A stretch of DNA of 63,902 nucleotides, filler included, from Intoshia linei (taxonomy: Eukaryota > Animalia > Orthonectida), in assembly GCA_001642005.1 (NCBI GenBank). It is 7 parts of 7 records of this genome, joined end to end, with 100 filler letters (N's around TTAATTAATTAA, not from the genome) between each part and the next. Parts side by side here need not be neighbours in the genome. Positions count along the whole stretch, not along the records: positions 1 to 11,278 come from LWCA01001182.1; positions 11,379 to 25,774 come from LWCA01000961.1; 5 more parts are not named here. One strand, 5' to 3'. Shown one piece after another: positions 1-12,846 of this stretch. The stretch's first letter is position 1, and the number at the start of each line of letters is the position of its first letter. Below the pieces are notes generated by a model. It was not told the DNA's origin and did not search any database. It saw only the letters and a list, made by a program, of their open reading frames with translations. A program made the position numbers and the translations under genes.

Positions 1-1465
1 TAAAATTTCGTACAGATGTATAGATTAATGAAACGAACAAAATTTTCACTTTTCTTTCCAGAAAATCTGAAAATAATTATTTACTATGAAAAATATGTCC
101 ACCCTAGTGCAGTCATTAAGATCAATATTTGGGGGTGCATATGTCAAAAAAGGTTAAAAACCACTGCCTTTAAGGGTGTTGAACTGTAATAGAAACAAAT
201 ATAATATCATAATGCATTGCAATAATTTAAATATTCAATGAAAAATTAGATAATTTACTCAGTCCGATGGCTACTCGTATCTGTTGCAAGACTCTAAATC
301 TGAAATATTTACCTATCTACGCGATTGATACTAAAAACATGTCGGTATGTATGTGACACATTCATGTAAAAAACTCACTCCCAGAAATTTCTGAAATACA
401 AATTCAAAGTCACTTTTTGCCAAATGAGAAAATAAGATAAATTTCAAACTCACAAATTTACATTTTCATGATCAAAAGCCCAAATTATCCTTTTTTCCAA
501 TTATAGAAAAACTAAAATTTCACTCAACTTTCCCAAAAAACATGATAATACAGTTTTTCCAGTTACTACTTTACTAATACTGAAAAAGTTTTATAAAAAT
601 ATTAATTGATATTAATGATTCAACGAGTTAAGCTTTGGATCGGCCCATTTATAAATAATTTTTGGTTTAAATTTGACTCAAATCTTGACTAAAAAACTAA
701 AAATTTAAAAGTGCACTTTATGCTGAGGTTTATCAGATTTAATATATGGATTATAGAAAACGGACAAGCTTAGTACATACAATAGTTAAGTTTAAAAAAA
801 TTTGTAGTTTTTGTTAATAAATCTGACAATTCATAATTGACCAATTATCAATTTTCAACAGTGAAAATTTCAATATTCCCACTTAATAATTCAAGTTACT
901 TATTCCAAAAGATTAATAATTCAATTTATAAATATGTCAAATAAGCATCTGGTTATAAAAATGAAATACATGTACTAATTGATTTTTAACAATAAAGTAA
1001 CCGAAACGAAACTAATGTGTCAATCTGAAATTGATTGTGCATATTTAACTATATTTAATTCAATTTTCATGATAATTGATGGACACATTTTATTAATGAC
1101 AAACTAATCTCTAATTTGCATATAAATTGAATAATCATTAATTATACCATTGCAATTTGATTATTATTCAACAAAAAATTAATTTAAAAATGTGGATTAC
1201 CAATAAATAAAATTTAAGCTAAAACATAGCAATAAGAAAGTTCTGATTTTGTAAAAAATTAAACAAAAAGGCGCAATCGTGGTGCATCGGTATCATTTCA
1301 AGACGAACTATCAAATCAAGTTTTTAATTTCATCCACTCATTTACCCCCACCATCAAAACATGTGTTTCAGATAATTTTGATAAAATCCATCAGTTTAAA
1401 GAAATATTTTATTAACAAATAAACAACATTTTGACTTTGGATAATCTATTATAAATAATTTTTTT

Positions 1466-4400
1466 TTAAAAATCTTTGAGAAATGCAGAAACAGTTTGAG
1501 AACCTGTAGGTTGATTAAAATTGATATTTTGTGTAAAGTCAAGTTTATGAATTTTATTTTCAAGAATATCATCAATTCCAAATTTAGCCTTTTTTGATGT
1601 ATTATTAAAATTTTCAATTTGATTTAAAGAATTTTGAAGACCAAAATTTATTGAGTTGTCAGAAATAGAATAAATTGGGTTTGTCCTTGGCCAAGTAACT
1701 TTTGATGAATTTAAGATTGAATTTTTAAAATTTGAAAGAGAATTTGACATAACTTGATGGTTTGAGTCTGTGCGGGAATTTGACGACATGTTTGATATTG
1801 GTGAAATGGATTCATATTTGGTCAATTTGTCGGAATCTTTATCTTTATCGGACATTTTTTTTGGTGTAGAAGAAGTTCGTTTTAATGTTTTGCGTAATTT
1901 TTCATTTTTTTTCTTTATATCAGCGTCATTTATGGGAATTCCACTACATGTTAATGGTGGTGCGTTGTGTGGTGGTCTACCTGGTCCTTTTCTAGTGTTT
2001 TCCTTCTTTCTCCATTTTGCTCGACGATTTTGAAACCATACCTACATTTTTTTATTAATATTGTATTAAAACTGTACATTTAAAATTTAAATATGTATAA
2101 TTGTTTGCATTTATTCAATACTATTTTTATTTTCTTAAAATTTGATAATTTTTGGCGCCAAGATAAGACAGATAAGATTTTTATGTTTATTTAAATCATT
2201 CAATTTATTGAGATTAAATTTATTATAAATTTGAGATTTGTACTGTATTAAAATTAAAAAGAATGAACGCAGGTAGAGAAATTAAAAAATGTTGGTATCT
2301 TATATTTAAAAAATATTTGTACTAATTTTTTAATATGTTTAAAAATTTTTAGATTTCTAGATTTTCGCTTGGTATTTTTATATAAAACCTTGTTATAAAT
2401 GTATTTAACCCCTTATGCATTAAACCGAGTGATAAAGAAAATACATATCAAGGGTGTAAGTAGCCGAATTAAATGCAACAAAACTCGTGTTGGTTTAAAA
2501 ATGAAAAAGAAAGTAATTTTTTAATATTGGAATATTTGGATGTATATTTAATTTCTATTCAACTTACCACTGTCATAATTTTTTTTGAATCAATACAATG
2601 ATGTGATAATAATAACAATAAAACACCTCAAATTCACAAAGTGTGGAATTTAACGTAGAATTAGCCATTATTTTTCCACGAGTGTCATTTAATTTTATTA
2701 TTTTATTGTCAAGTTGTCAAATTTCAATAGATAATATCAAAATATTTAAATTTACAATCGTAAATGAATACATTTTTTGTAGTTTTTTATTTTTTTGTTT
2801 ATTTTTACGTTTTGGTATCGATAAATCATGTCATAATTGAGTTTTGTAATTTTTTTTTATATGTCAAGTAAGTAGCGGGAGTAAAAAAGGCGCCATTTTA
2901 AATAAATTTTGTCATTACATTGATGAATACTTAATTATCTAAACAAATCTGTTTGTAGAGTACATTTCATAGTATCTCGCGCCACAAATTTTGCACACTG
3001 TCATAATGAATGATTTAAATCAGGCGTCTTAATTAAAAAAATTCAATGAGCCCTGGTTAAAGTATGTATGAGAAATCTGTGACTCGTCAGCTTTTTATTT
3101 AAATTAATCTGAAAGCTCAACTATTTTTTATGTGTCAAAGTTAGAAAGGAAATAAAAGAATTTATTAACATTTATTAATTCGTATACTAATACACAAAAA
3201 AATGTACAATATACATCTCTAGCTTCTTGAGTGAAAAATAATTTTTTTTAAAAGTGGCGTGATAAAATTTTTTGAAACATTTTGATATAATAAACGCTTT
3301 ACCAAAGCTTACACGTGACCCGAATAATATGATATATTAAGTTTTTGATTTTTAACTTGAACTTTCATTTAATTGAATTTAAAACAACATGAATTTGAAA
3401 CATTAATTCATTAATTGTAAATTTAACAAAAATAGGAAAAACTTTTTATTAATAGAAATTTTTTATATTTTTTGTATTTTTTTTTAAAAAACTTTTTCTT
3501 TTGATATTATAGTATACAGTTAGACATACATAAGCATCTGTATCAGATGGGCCAATCCAAAATAATTTTAACTTTTATTTATGACTCCTTTCGGAAAATT
3601 TTAGTAATCTGGATGCAAGATTTCTTATTTCGGTTAATATTTGTGTCTCAATGAAATATTAACTACGTCAGCATTTATCTAAATCAGATATTAATTAATC
3701 TCAAGTTGTTTTTAATATTTAACTAAAAACGCAATAAAATATTCGAGTGATAATATTTTGGTAATTTTTCTAAGAAATTAGATTTTAAAAAATCCGTGAT
3801 CAATTTAACTGTGATGGGTTTGGGAAAAAAATTTTGAAACCACTAAACTACACTAATTGAAGCTGTTCTATGTCTTTCAAAAAACTAACACACGACCAGA
3901 TTTTCACGATATAATTGAACCGATTAGACGATTCTGATTAAATTTGATCATATCCTCTGTGAACCCTTATTTGTACATTTTAACATCATTTTAAGAAATA
4001 TTATTTAATTATACTTTTTATCTCAAAAATTTAAATTGTGGGTCCATTTTAATTTAATTTAATTTAATTTAATTTGTTAGGCGGTTAGTTTGAAGTGGTT
4101 ACCTGTATATGACGTTATAAACTTGATTTACCCAGAAAACAATCAAAAATCCACACCTCCAAAAAATAAAACATCATAATAAAAATGTTGTAAAACGATT
4201 GACTTCAATCACTATAAAAGTAGCATATACTTAAATATACTGTATGAAATGATAAAATCTTAAATGTAAATGTCAAACTGATATTTTAATATAAAAAAAT
4301 GAAGTGTTTATTCGTGACATTTAAATTTTGATTATTATAATATTCAGATAGTTGTATTCAAAAATATAAACTTTAATAATGTGTAAATAATTCATAATTT

Positions 4401-7400
4401 GTCAACTATAATAATGATAATACAAACGATACAATAGATATTTGAAAATAACATTGAAATATTTTAATATGCCATTAAAAATTTCCAAAAATTGAAATAA
4501 ATCATTCAACAATTGAGCCTGTCACAATTTATCATTTATAAAATTGATAAACTGTTGTATACTTTTATAAATAAATTTTAATATTTAATCAATAATAAAT
4601 AAAATTGATAAATTTAAAAAAAATTCACTAGAAATCGTTAAACTTTAACACACGGACTGTGTAAATCAACAATCTCATTTTCTCAGTTTTTACTACCCTA
4701 CATAAAAAATTTTACCAAATATTAAAAAAACGACACTATATATTGTACTACTCTGCTAAAAATTTGTAAACTAAAATAAAAAAATGTGTTAAATTTAGCG
4801 TATCGGTAATGTATTAATAATAAATAATAGGTTAATTTAATTTGAAATATTATAATTGCACTGTCAAATAAATCTTGATACGCATAAATAATAAATTTAA
4901 AATTAAATACATCCAAACGTTGACACATTGAACATATCAATTAAAATTATGTAAAACTTTTAATATTAATGCAATTTGACTTTATAATGCATTAAATATG
5001 TTAATTAGTCGATATCAATAAATAATATTGATAGTTTTTAAATATTTCAAAATGTAATCATTCCATTTCATTTTCGATATTTATGGTGCTTTTGATAGGA
5101 TAGTGTAATAATTACATCAATCAACTTTTATTTTCATAATGAATTAAATGGAATATAATTATATTTAAGTGAGAAATCCAATTATATTCATTTTAAGTTT
5201 TTAATTTTTTAATTTAATAGTTGGCTTCATGATAGTTTTTATTTTTATTTTTATATAAAGTTTTTTAATTATGGTTGGATGTAGTTTTATTTTCAATTTA
5301 TTAATCTGGGAATACAAATCTATTCACCTTATTATAATAACTTTACAATTATTATTACAATGGGAATTTTTAGTTTATTTAAAACATCTGTTTGTCGTAA
5401 AATAATATAATAGGAATATCGGGTTAATTTTTTTCTAGGTTTTAATATTTTATTGGGTTCATTTTTTTATGTGAAAATTAATTATGATTTTTACTTTTAA
5501 AAACTTTTTAAAACGTTTTATTAAAAATTTCATCCATTTTAAAATTAACTGAAATACTCTTAAATTTAGTAAATTTAATTGTTATTTATTGTTATACTCA
5601 AAATGTGGTCTAAATATTTAAAATAAAATTAAAATATTCTTGAAAATTTTAAAAAGTACAAGTATGGCATTATGCTACATTTTGTCAAATTAGTAATGAT
5701 GGGTAATGATTATTCTACAGAATGTTACATTAACACTGATTTAATCGCGATAAACCGTTAATAGTTAAAAATGAGATCATTTTTTTACATTTACACGTTT
5801 AGTAAGGGTAGGTTAAAATTATTCTTTATGATACAACCAAAGTTAAGAATTAAGGGTACATTGAACCCTAGTTACTAATGATGAAGTAAGTTTTTCTAAA
5901 CATTCCACAGTTAAGATTAAGATATTTACGATACATTTACTACCTGTAAAAATATGAAAATGATCATACACCATCAAAGTTAAGAATGAAGGGTACGTTG
6001 AACCATAGTTACCAATGATGGAGTAATGACAATTCTATGAAAGTTCATATTTACAACTGATTAAGCTTTGCTAAAAATTCCACAGTTAAGAATGATATAT
6101 TTATGGTACATTTGAGAATAATCATGACTACTCAAAGTTAAGAATGAAAGGTTTGCTGCAGAGATTTTTTAATTAAACATGGTTACTAAAAAACCAATCT
6201 TAATAAAGAGAGGATAAGGCAAAATTAACCAAAATTAAGGACACCTATAGGTAGAATGATTATGTCATACACAGATTAAAGTCAAATCTATTTCAAAGAT
6301 TTCATTTTATTTTTTTAAGTACAATTTCAAGTTTTGATGAATGCTATTTAAATGCTGTCAAATACATAATTATTTAAAGTATAAACCCCAAAAACAATTA
6401 TTCAGGTCTCTCAATACCGCTATAAATGTTGAAATACCTAAATGGTTGTATTAAAGGCCTGACACTAAATAGTTAAGGGTTAACCCTAACAAATTACAAA
6501 ATAAAAATTTAAACGATTTGAGTAATATTGTAAAACTAAATACTTAGTAGTAATTATAAATTCTGTTATGCTACATGTACATTGTATATTAACAAAATTT
6601 TTTAAACTTAAAATTAATTAAGTTAAATTAATGTGTAAATTGTAAATTTAAAATATGCTCAATATAAATGAAATTAATAATGAAATTACTTGAATTCTTG
6701 ATTCCAACAAATCCAATTTAGAAGCTAATGATTCACGCAAATAGATATCTGGATAGTGACTTTCATTAAATGATTTTTCTAATGCATCAATTTGCCACTT
6801 TGTAAAATTTGTCCTGGTTCTACGTCTTTTGAGAATTTCAGAAGATATATTGTATAGTTCTTCGGTAATTTCTAAACAATATTAATTAAATTAGATAAAA
6901 TTTAATTGAAATTTTGCAAATTTAAATATTATTAAGTAATTTATAATATGCGAAAATTAACAATCAGCATTAAAATGAATTAATTAATCAGCATTAAAAG
7001 TCATTTTTATTATAATAATTATCAGTAACTACAATTATTGTACGTGAAAAGGGTATTTATTTGTAGACTTGAAATATCGTTGGCGCATTAAAATATTATA
7101 CAGTTATTTTGGCGGTTTATAAGCTCGAGTTAAAATTTTTTATATAGATTGGGATATACGTCGCTCAGAATTCCACACTAGGTATTAATTTTTATTGTCA
7201 ATATTAGTTTTAATATTACGTTTTATATTGCATTATAATATTTTGTATTTCTATTTTTTAATACCTCATTTGTTAGTTTACAAAGTAAACCTCAATTTAA
7301 TAGCTTCAATTTAAGAAAAAATATAAAAGTCAAATACAGAGTAAGATAAATGATTTATATTGAATTATAGACAAGTATCAATAATTATAAATTTATAATA

Positions 7401-7725
7401 ACCTGGATTAAATATTTATTTAACCTTGATATTATCAAATTATGTCTATTGAATATTAAATATTATAAAAAAAACTACCATTTCCCAAATTATCCATCTT
7501 TAAATAATCCAATCGACCATTTTGTTGCATATATTGACAACTGAGAGAACTTTCCATAAAATTTTTGACTAATTCTGGTTTGATATCATTAACGTTTGGT
7601 TTATTGTAAAAATTATTGGTAGCTGAATTGGTATTGAGCATGTTACACATTATATTATCAATATTGTTTGGTTTGAATTCATTTTGTTTCAAAATTTGAC
7701 ACTGGTAAAAGTTTATCAAATCCAT
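1466..7725 (-). CDS. unc-4: Unc-4/UNCX paired-like homeodomain transcription factor; exons 7725-7479, 6871-6690, 2041-1466
   Basis: Spliced translation gives [47 protein letters not shown]|[37 protein letters not shown], which matches the Unc-4 homeodomain and its family-specific extension. C-terminal eh1-like FGIDDIL motif. GT-AG sites and phases are consistent; exon 1 is the least certain. Confidence 0.93.
5830..6155. repeat. Degenerate tandem repeat (~140-160-bp period) in unc-4 intron 2
   Basis: CAAAGTTAAGAAT(T/G)AA(G/A)GG recurs at ~5838, ~5975 and ~6133; ATTCCACAGTTAAGA recurs at ~5902 and ~6077. Confidence 0.6.
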
Positions 7726-9339
7726 TCGTCGATTATTTTCGTATTTTTCTAAATGAATAAATTTACTTATGTGTTTAATTTATTTGCAAATTTATTATGT
7801 CAATTTAATTAATTTTCATACATTTTCATATAAATTGTAAAATGAGCATTATTTACAACAATTTATATACATATGTACTTGTGTATTTGTATATTAAATT
7901 GTAATTTAAATTTTACCAAATAGAATGCAATTATTGGTTAATTATTAATTTCAGTTGAATTTAATTTATATAATTAAATTGGCTTGTATTTTATATTACA
8001 GTGTAAATATAAATAATTATCAGATAATATCTAATAGTTTGCATTTGTAGTAGTGTATTTACTTTACTGATTTTTTAGATTTAGTAGAAAAATAAAGTTT
8101 TGTGAGACGAGTAAGCTACGGGTGGCTAATGTCATTTCTTAATCTAAATTACGTACCTCGCCATCTATTTATTTGAAAATCTTGTATTATTTTATTAACT
8201 AAAACATAGATATACAGTTAAATAGATAACATAGAATACACATAGAAAACATAGATATACTTAATAGATACTTAATACTAAATAGTTTTGTCGTTTTCTA
8301 TCAATTTACCACAATAAACACAGAAAATGCGATATCGCAAGACGTTTAGTTTATTATTGAATATGTGAGAGTCGAACCTACTAGACTTCATACTTATCCA
8401 TGAAAAAAAACACGATTATACAATTTTTCACCAATTTTTATTATGGAAAATCTACACAATAAATCTAACCTTGGGATCGTTAGAAAATAAAAAATGTAGT
8501 GATGCCATTAATGTTCATTGTACGGCCCTGTTCATAAATAATTTCGTGTTTTTAAAGATGCAAAAATTTTTTTACTACGTCAGATACAGAACTCTAATTT
8601 CTAGTAAAATGTTTACTGTAATTGATATAAACATGCCATACATAATTTATATGAATAAACACTGTACTTTAAGATGATTGATATGAAAATAAGGCAATTA
8701 TTTTTAATTTAACTCGTCTTATGGGGTTAGAGTATTTTATGAAAACTTAAAACACTCTAAAACACGTTAAATTCTATCATTTTCGGTTTAATCATTCATC
8801 CACTTTTACCGATTAGAGTATATCATTAAAGTTAGAGTGTCAAGGTCGAAATGGTTCACAGTATAAACAATTTATACTTACGTATTTGCAACTTAAAATT
8901 AAAACACAATACTTTTTTAGACTTGTACAAATATTTTTTTTACATTATAAATATTGAAAAATAATATTTTTTTTATATTGCCCAAGTGAATGTTTTATTC
9001 ATTAAAACTTAAATATTAATTATTAAAAACTGAAAATAAATGTTAATTTGACTGGTACGTTTTGATGTAATCATGACCATTTTAGATTTACACCATTTAT
9101 ACAATTTTACATGTTTACTTTGTAAACGAATGACGATAAAAGTTTTACAGGTTAAACAGCTGCTGGAGAATATTTTCGTAGCTATTAATGTAAATGAAAA
9201 TGTAAACACAAATGTATTAATTTTGAATAAACCAACGAAAATTTGATATTAAATTTATATATTTTTTTAATTCAAGTAAATATGCATTTTTTATAAATGC
9301 GATTCATCGTCTTTATGCGGTTCTATAGAGTCATTTTAA

Positions 9340-10672
9340 CCCTTTACTAGTCACGCTTTTTCATAAAAACGTAAACAGTCACAAGAGGACAAAAATGGCC
9401 GTTTTTAATAATAATAATAATTTTAATAATAATGGCACGATGTAATAAACAAATTTACATATCATAAAATATTTAATTACAATGATAATAAATATGACGC
9501 ATATTGATATATGTAGTTTTATAAATCTTTGTTTTTACAGCAATTTGAACATACAATATTTGAATGATTTTTGCAAACGTAGACAGCGCAAATTATTAGT
9601 TTTTTTAACCTCATTGGTCACACAAAAATAATATTTTCGTCTTTTTACAGCAATTGATGTAGCTAAAATTCATAATTATTCTATTTATATATAAAAATTA
9701 CATGGATGTTGAAAAGATAAATTTCTGAATAATTTGTTTTCGTTACATAAAGATTTTCCAAGTTGTCTCAAGTTTAATCTCCTATGCATATATACATTTC
9801 CCGATTTATAAATAATGTAACTGTTTACAACCAAAATATTCCCTGAAACAAACAATGAGGCCATCTTCTAGTTTTCCTTTTTGTATTGTATTTGTTACAT
9901 AAATCATCAAGAACGTCAACACCTCCTTTGTTTTTATTATAAAATAATATAAGGTTAGGTTTTTTATTTGCATCCTCTTCGTTGAAATCAAATTAACAAA
10001 TTTTCTAGGTTTGGGACAAAAAGAAGCTAGTGTAATTATTCCTAGATGACCGGAAATGGTAGAAAAAACAGACAGAATTTTTTGAAGACACAAATTGAGG
10101 CGCTAATTCCCTTTTATTTTTTCTAAGTTTTATGTAGTAGTCTATAAGATTTTTCAATTGAAATATTTGATCTGTCAAAATTTTATTTTTTGGAGCTATA
10201 GAAAATCTATTTGGGTAGATTTTATTCGTATTCCAAATACTCACACCATCATTTGCCAGTCATGGATATATCAGGTTCAGGTGCACCACTTTCAAATTCT
10301 GTTAAAATTTCAATCAAATATTCACTATCGCATTCTGACCTACTAGAAGTATCAAAATCTTCTTCAATGTCTTCTTTCATAATCATAATATAAATCACCG
10401 AACAAAAATAGAATTGTAAATTTTTAGTATTCACTAAATAATATTCAAATCAAAAAAAAACTTTAGCGTTAGTATGTTTATTTGTAACTTACAGTAATAT
10501 TATACATATACTTGTCATGTTACATGACTCATGTATTATATTTAAGCTCAATTTAAATTTTAAAAATAATGTGACATTTTAATTATTTATTATAGTTCAA
10601 ATCAAAATATAATGTTAGTTTATTTTCATTCATAAAAAACGGACAAAAATGCCCTCTGCGAGTAGTAAAAGG
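9340..10672 (-). mobile_element. Internally deleted, frameshifted piggyBac transposon with TTAA TSDs
   Basis: TTAA|CCCTTTACTAG at the left end and TAGTAAAAGG|TTAA at the right, with similar subterminal motifs. Minus-strand remnants ITLASFCPKPRKFVNLIST and KPNLILFYNKNKGGVDVLDDLCNKYNTKRKTRRWP match piggyBac transposase motifs; acidic N-terminal remnant at 10249-10380. Confidence 0.88.
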
Positions 10673-10835
10673 TTAATTAATTTGATAATTATTATAATTA
10701 GATTTTTTAATTTAATTTAATTTAAATTTTGCCGTTTCAACATCATAAACTTAAATAAATTTACTATATTTTAAATCTATCAAAATGTACATTGTACCAA
10801 TATAAAATGAAACAATACTTCAATAATTCAATCTA

Positions 10836-11278
10836 CAGATTGGGCCATAAGTCCCGCACCAAAGAATTAAAAACAATTCTGATAATAATAAACGTTATTT
10901 TATTAAACCAAACTTAATTAATGAACTGAGAAACACGTGGTACACGTTGGTAAAATCATAAATGATCAAAATGCTCGCCATTTGCGTTGATGCACAATTC
11001 CAATCGATGATCAAAATTTTCATAAACTTTATCAAGTAAGTTGCTGTTTCCATCTATGTGATTGCACCCACGAATTATCTGCTGGCGAAGATGGTCGACA
11101 TCTGCAATTCTTGTAGAGTAAACTATTTGTTTGAGGTGGCCCCAAAAATAAAAATCCATTGGGGTCAAGTCAGGGTACCTTGGTGCCCATTATACGGTGT
11201 CTATTCGCCCAATCCAATTTTCAGAATTGCCATTTAGCCAATTTCGCACAATCGTCGCGTAATGAGGCGGGGCGCCAT
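10836..11278 (-). mobile_element. Tc1/mariner transposase 3' fragment with terminal repeat, cut by spacer
   Basis: APPHYATIVRNWL...WIGR..*WAPRYPDLTPMDFYFWGHLKQIVY...CINANGEHFDHL (one in-frame stop); TA|CAGATTGGGCCATAAG end at 10834-10851. Confidence 0.88.
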
Positions 11279-11378
11279 NNNNNNNNNNNNNNNNNNNNNN
11301 NNNNNNNNNNNNNNNNNNNNNNTTAATTAATTAANNNNNNNNNNNNNNNNNNNNNNNNNNNNNNNNNNNNNNNNNNNN
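11279..11378. other. Artificial 100-nt spacer N44-TTAATTAATTAA-N44 (also 25775-25874, 37894-37993, 48186-48285, 53118-53217, 62761-62860)
   Basis: Six identical blocks; TTAATTAATTAA places stop codons in all six frames, as contig linkers do. Confidence 0.97.
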
Positions 11379-11860
11379 AAAATAACCTCACAGATTCTAA
11401 AAAGAAAGATATTAAAAGTATGTTAATCAAAAATATATAAAAACACGTCCTGAAAAAAACTGTATTAGAAATTTGGATTTAAATTAGATTAGATTTGGAT
11501 TAGATTATCCTGTGAATGTCAACGTTTTCAATAAATGGCTACACACAGACATTCATTTATATATAAGTAAATAATCTTTTAAATTTTTTTCTAAATTTAA
11601 AATGTAAAGTCAAGAATCTTGAAGAGTTACTAGTGGCTATATGACACTATGCATAGTTTTCTAATAAAATTTAAGATCCCATTTTATTATTGTATTTTAC
11701 AGTTTGGTAGGTGAGGCTCTGAACGATGACGCCGAAAAATTTGATCACTACACCTCTTTAATTTTAAAAGCTTATTTCAAACAAAGTAAATTGTATTTCA
11801 ATCATTATAATGATTAGACTATAATTATATAATTATATAGTTTAATCTAGTGTTGTTGTA

Positions 11861-12027
11861 ATTTTTAGGAAAAACTTGTTCCTATTCTGATTACTTCAAC
11901 TAAGACATCGTTATTAAATCCTCTTCATAAATGCACAATTTTTAGATTTAGCACCTTTTTCTATACACAGCATTAATCTAATCATATCATCTATTGTAAA
12001 ACCACCACAAAAATATTGTTGTTAATT
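11861..12027 (-). pseudogene. Diverged inverted copy of ~180 bp of MAGI coding exon 1 (source ~13149-13332)
   Basis: The reverse complement reads ...GGTTTTACAATAGATGATATGATTAGATTAATGCTG...GAGGATTTAATAACGATGTCTTAGTTGAAGTAATCAGAATAGGAACAAGTTTTTCCT and aligns to MAGI with substitutions, indels and stops. Confidence 0.85.
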
Positions 12028-12846
12028 GAAAAACTTTGAGATCGTCGGGATTGATATACAAATTCTATTGAGAATAGGGCCACGACAAAAAAAGTTTGTC
12101 AACCCCTACTATACAATTAATTAAATTATATATTTTGTATATAGGATTAATGTTTAAATTATAATTATAAAATCAAATTACATTGTATAAATTTACATTT
12201 TCCAGAAAGTAACACATTTTACATGTTTAAATGCAACGTGGATTATGAACTTTTATTATAATTAGGTTTGATATATTAAAGTTAAATTTTAAGTCATTTA
12301 TTTTTAATGAATAAAAATGTACAAATTAAAAAATAAAAAGTGTGAAACATTTATTATACTTGAAACCAGAACATTCAGAAATATAACCTTTCAAGCCCTA
12401 CTTGAAACATTACTTTGAATAGTTAAAATGTCGTCAAGTGAATTTATGTGTCTATTTCTGTGAACAAGTCATCAAATTGCAAGGTTGAATTTGTAATTAC
12501 TAACTTATAGACAAGTCATGAAAAATAACAAAGAAGTAAACTGTTTACTTTGAAACCATTTTGTTGACAAAATTGCGTCAGATTTTGCAGACTTGATTTA
12601 GTAAATGGCAACAATATGTATCACTATGCGAGTTTCCTAGATATAACGATTTATAGTAATTACAGCAATATTAATGCACTTGATTTAATTAAATAAACTA
12701 AATTGTGCTTACATTTTTATGCTGAGAACATATCGGCGAGATTTTTCCATATTGTTTTTATATAAAAAAATTTATTAAATTGTATTTGTTTAAGATCCAT
12801 GTAATTTTTTTAATTGATAGTTAATAAACAATGTTTAGAATTTAAA

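Noticed and set aside
1770-2033. Short ORFs overlapping real genes (also 13376, 13997, 17051, 20130, 20694, 29288, 33094, 34156, 34477, 51029)
   Set aside because: Alternate-frame or antisense shadows of well-supported CDSs.
7425-7445. 21-nt micro-exon in unc-4 between AG and GT
   Set aside because: Introduces an in-frame TGA in the required phase.
8360-8400. tRNA or SINE suggested by a B-box-like GGTTCGACTC on the minus strand
   Set aside because: No A-box or cloverleaf could be built.
11323-11334. TTAATTAATTAA repeated six times as a biological motif or array
   Set aside because: Always centred in identical N-runs; an artificial linker.
11700-11760. C/D snoRNA-like CTGA..ATGA segment
   Set aside because: No terminal stem, complete boxes or guide identified.
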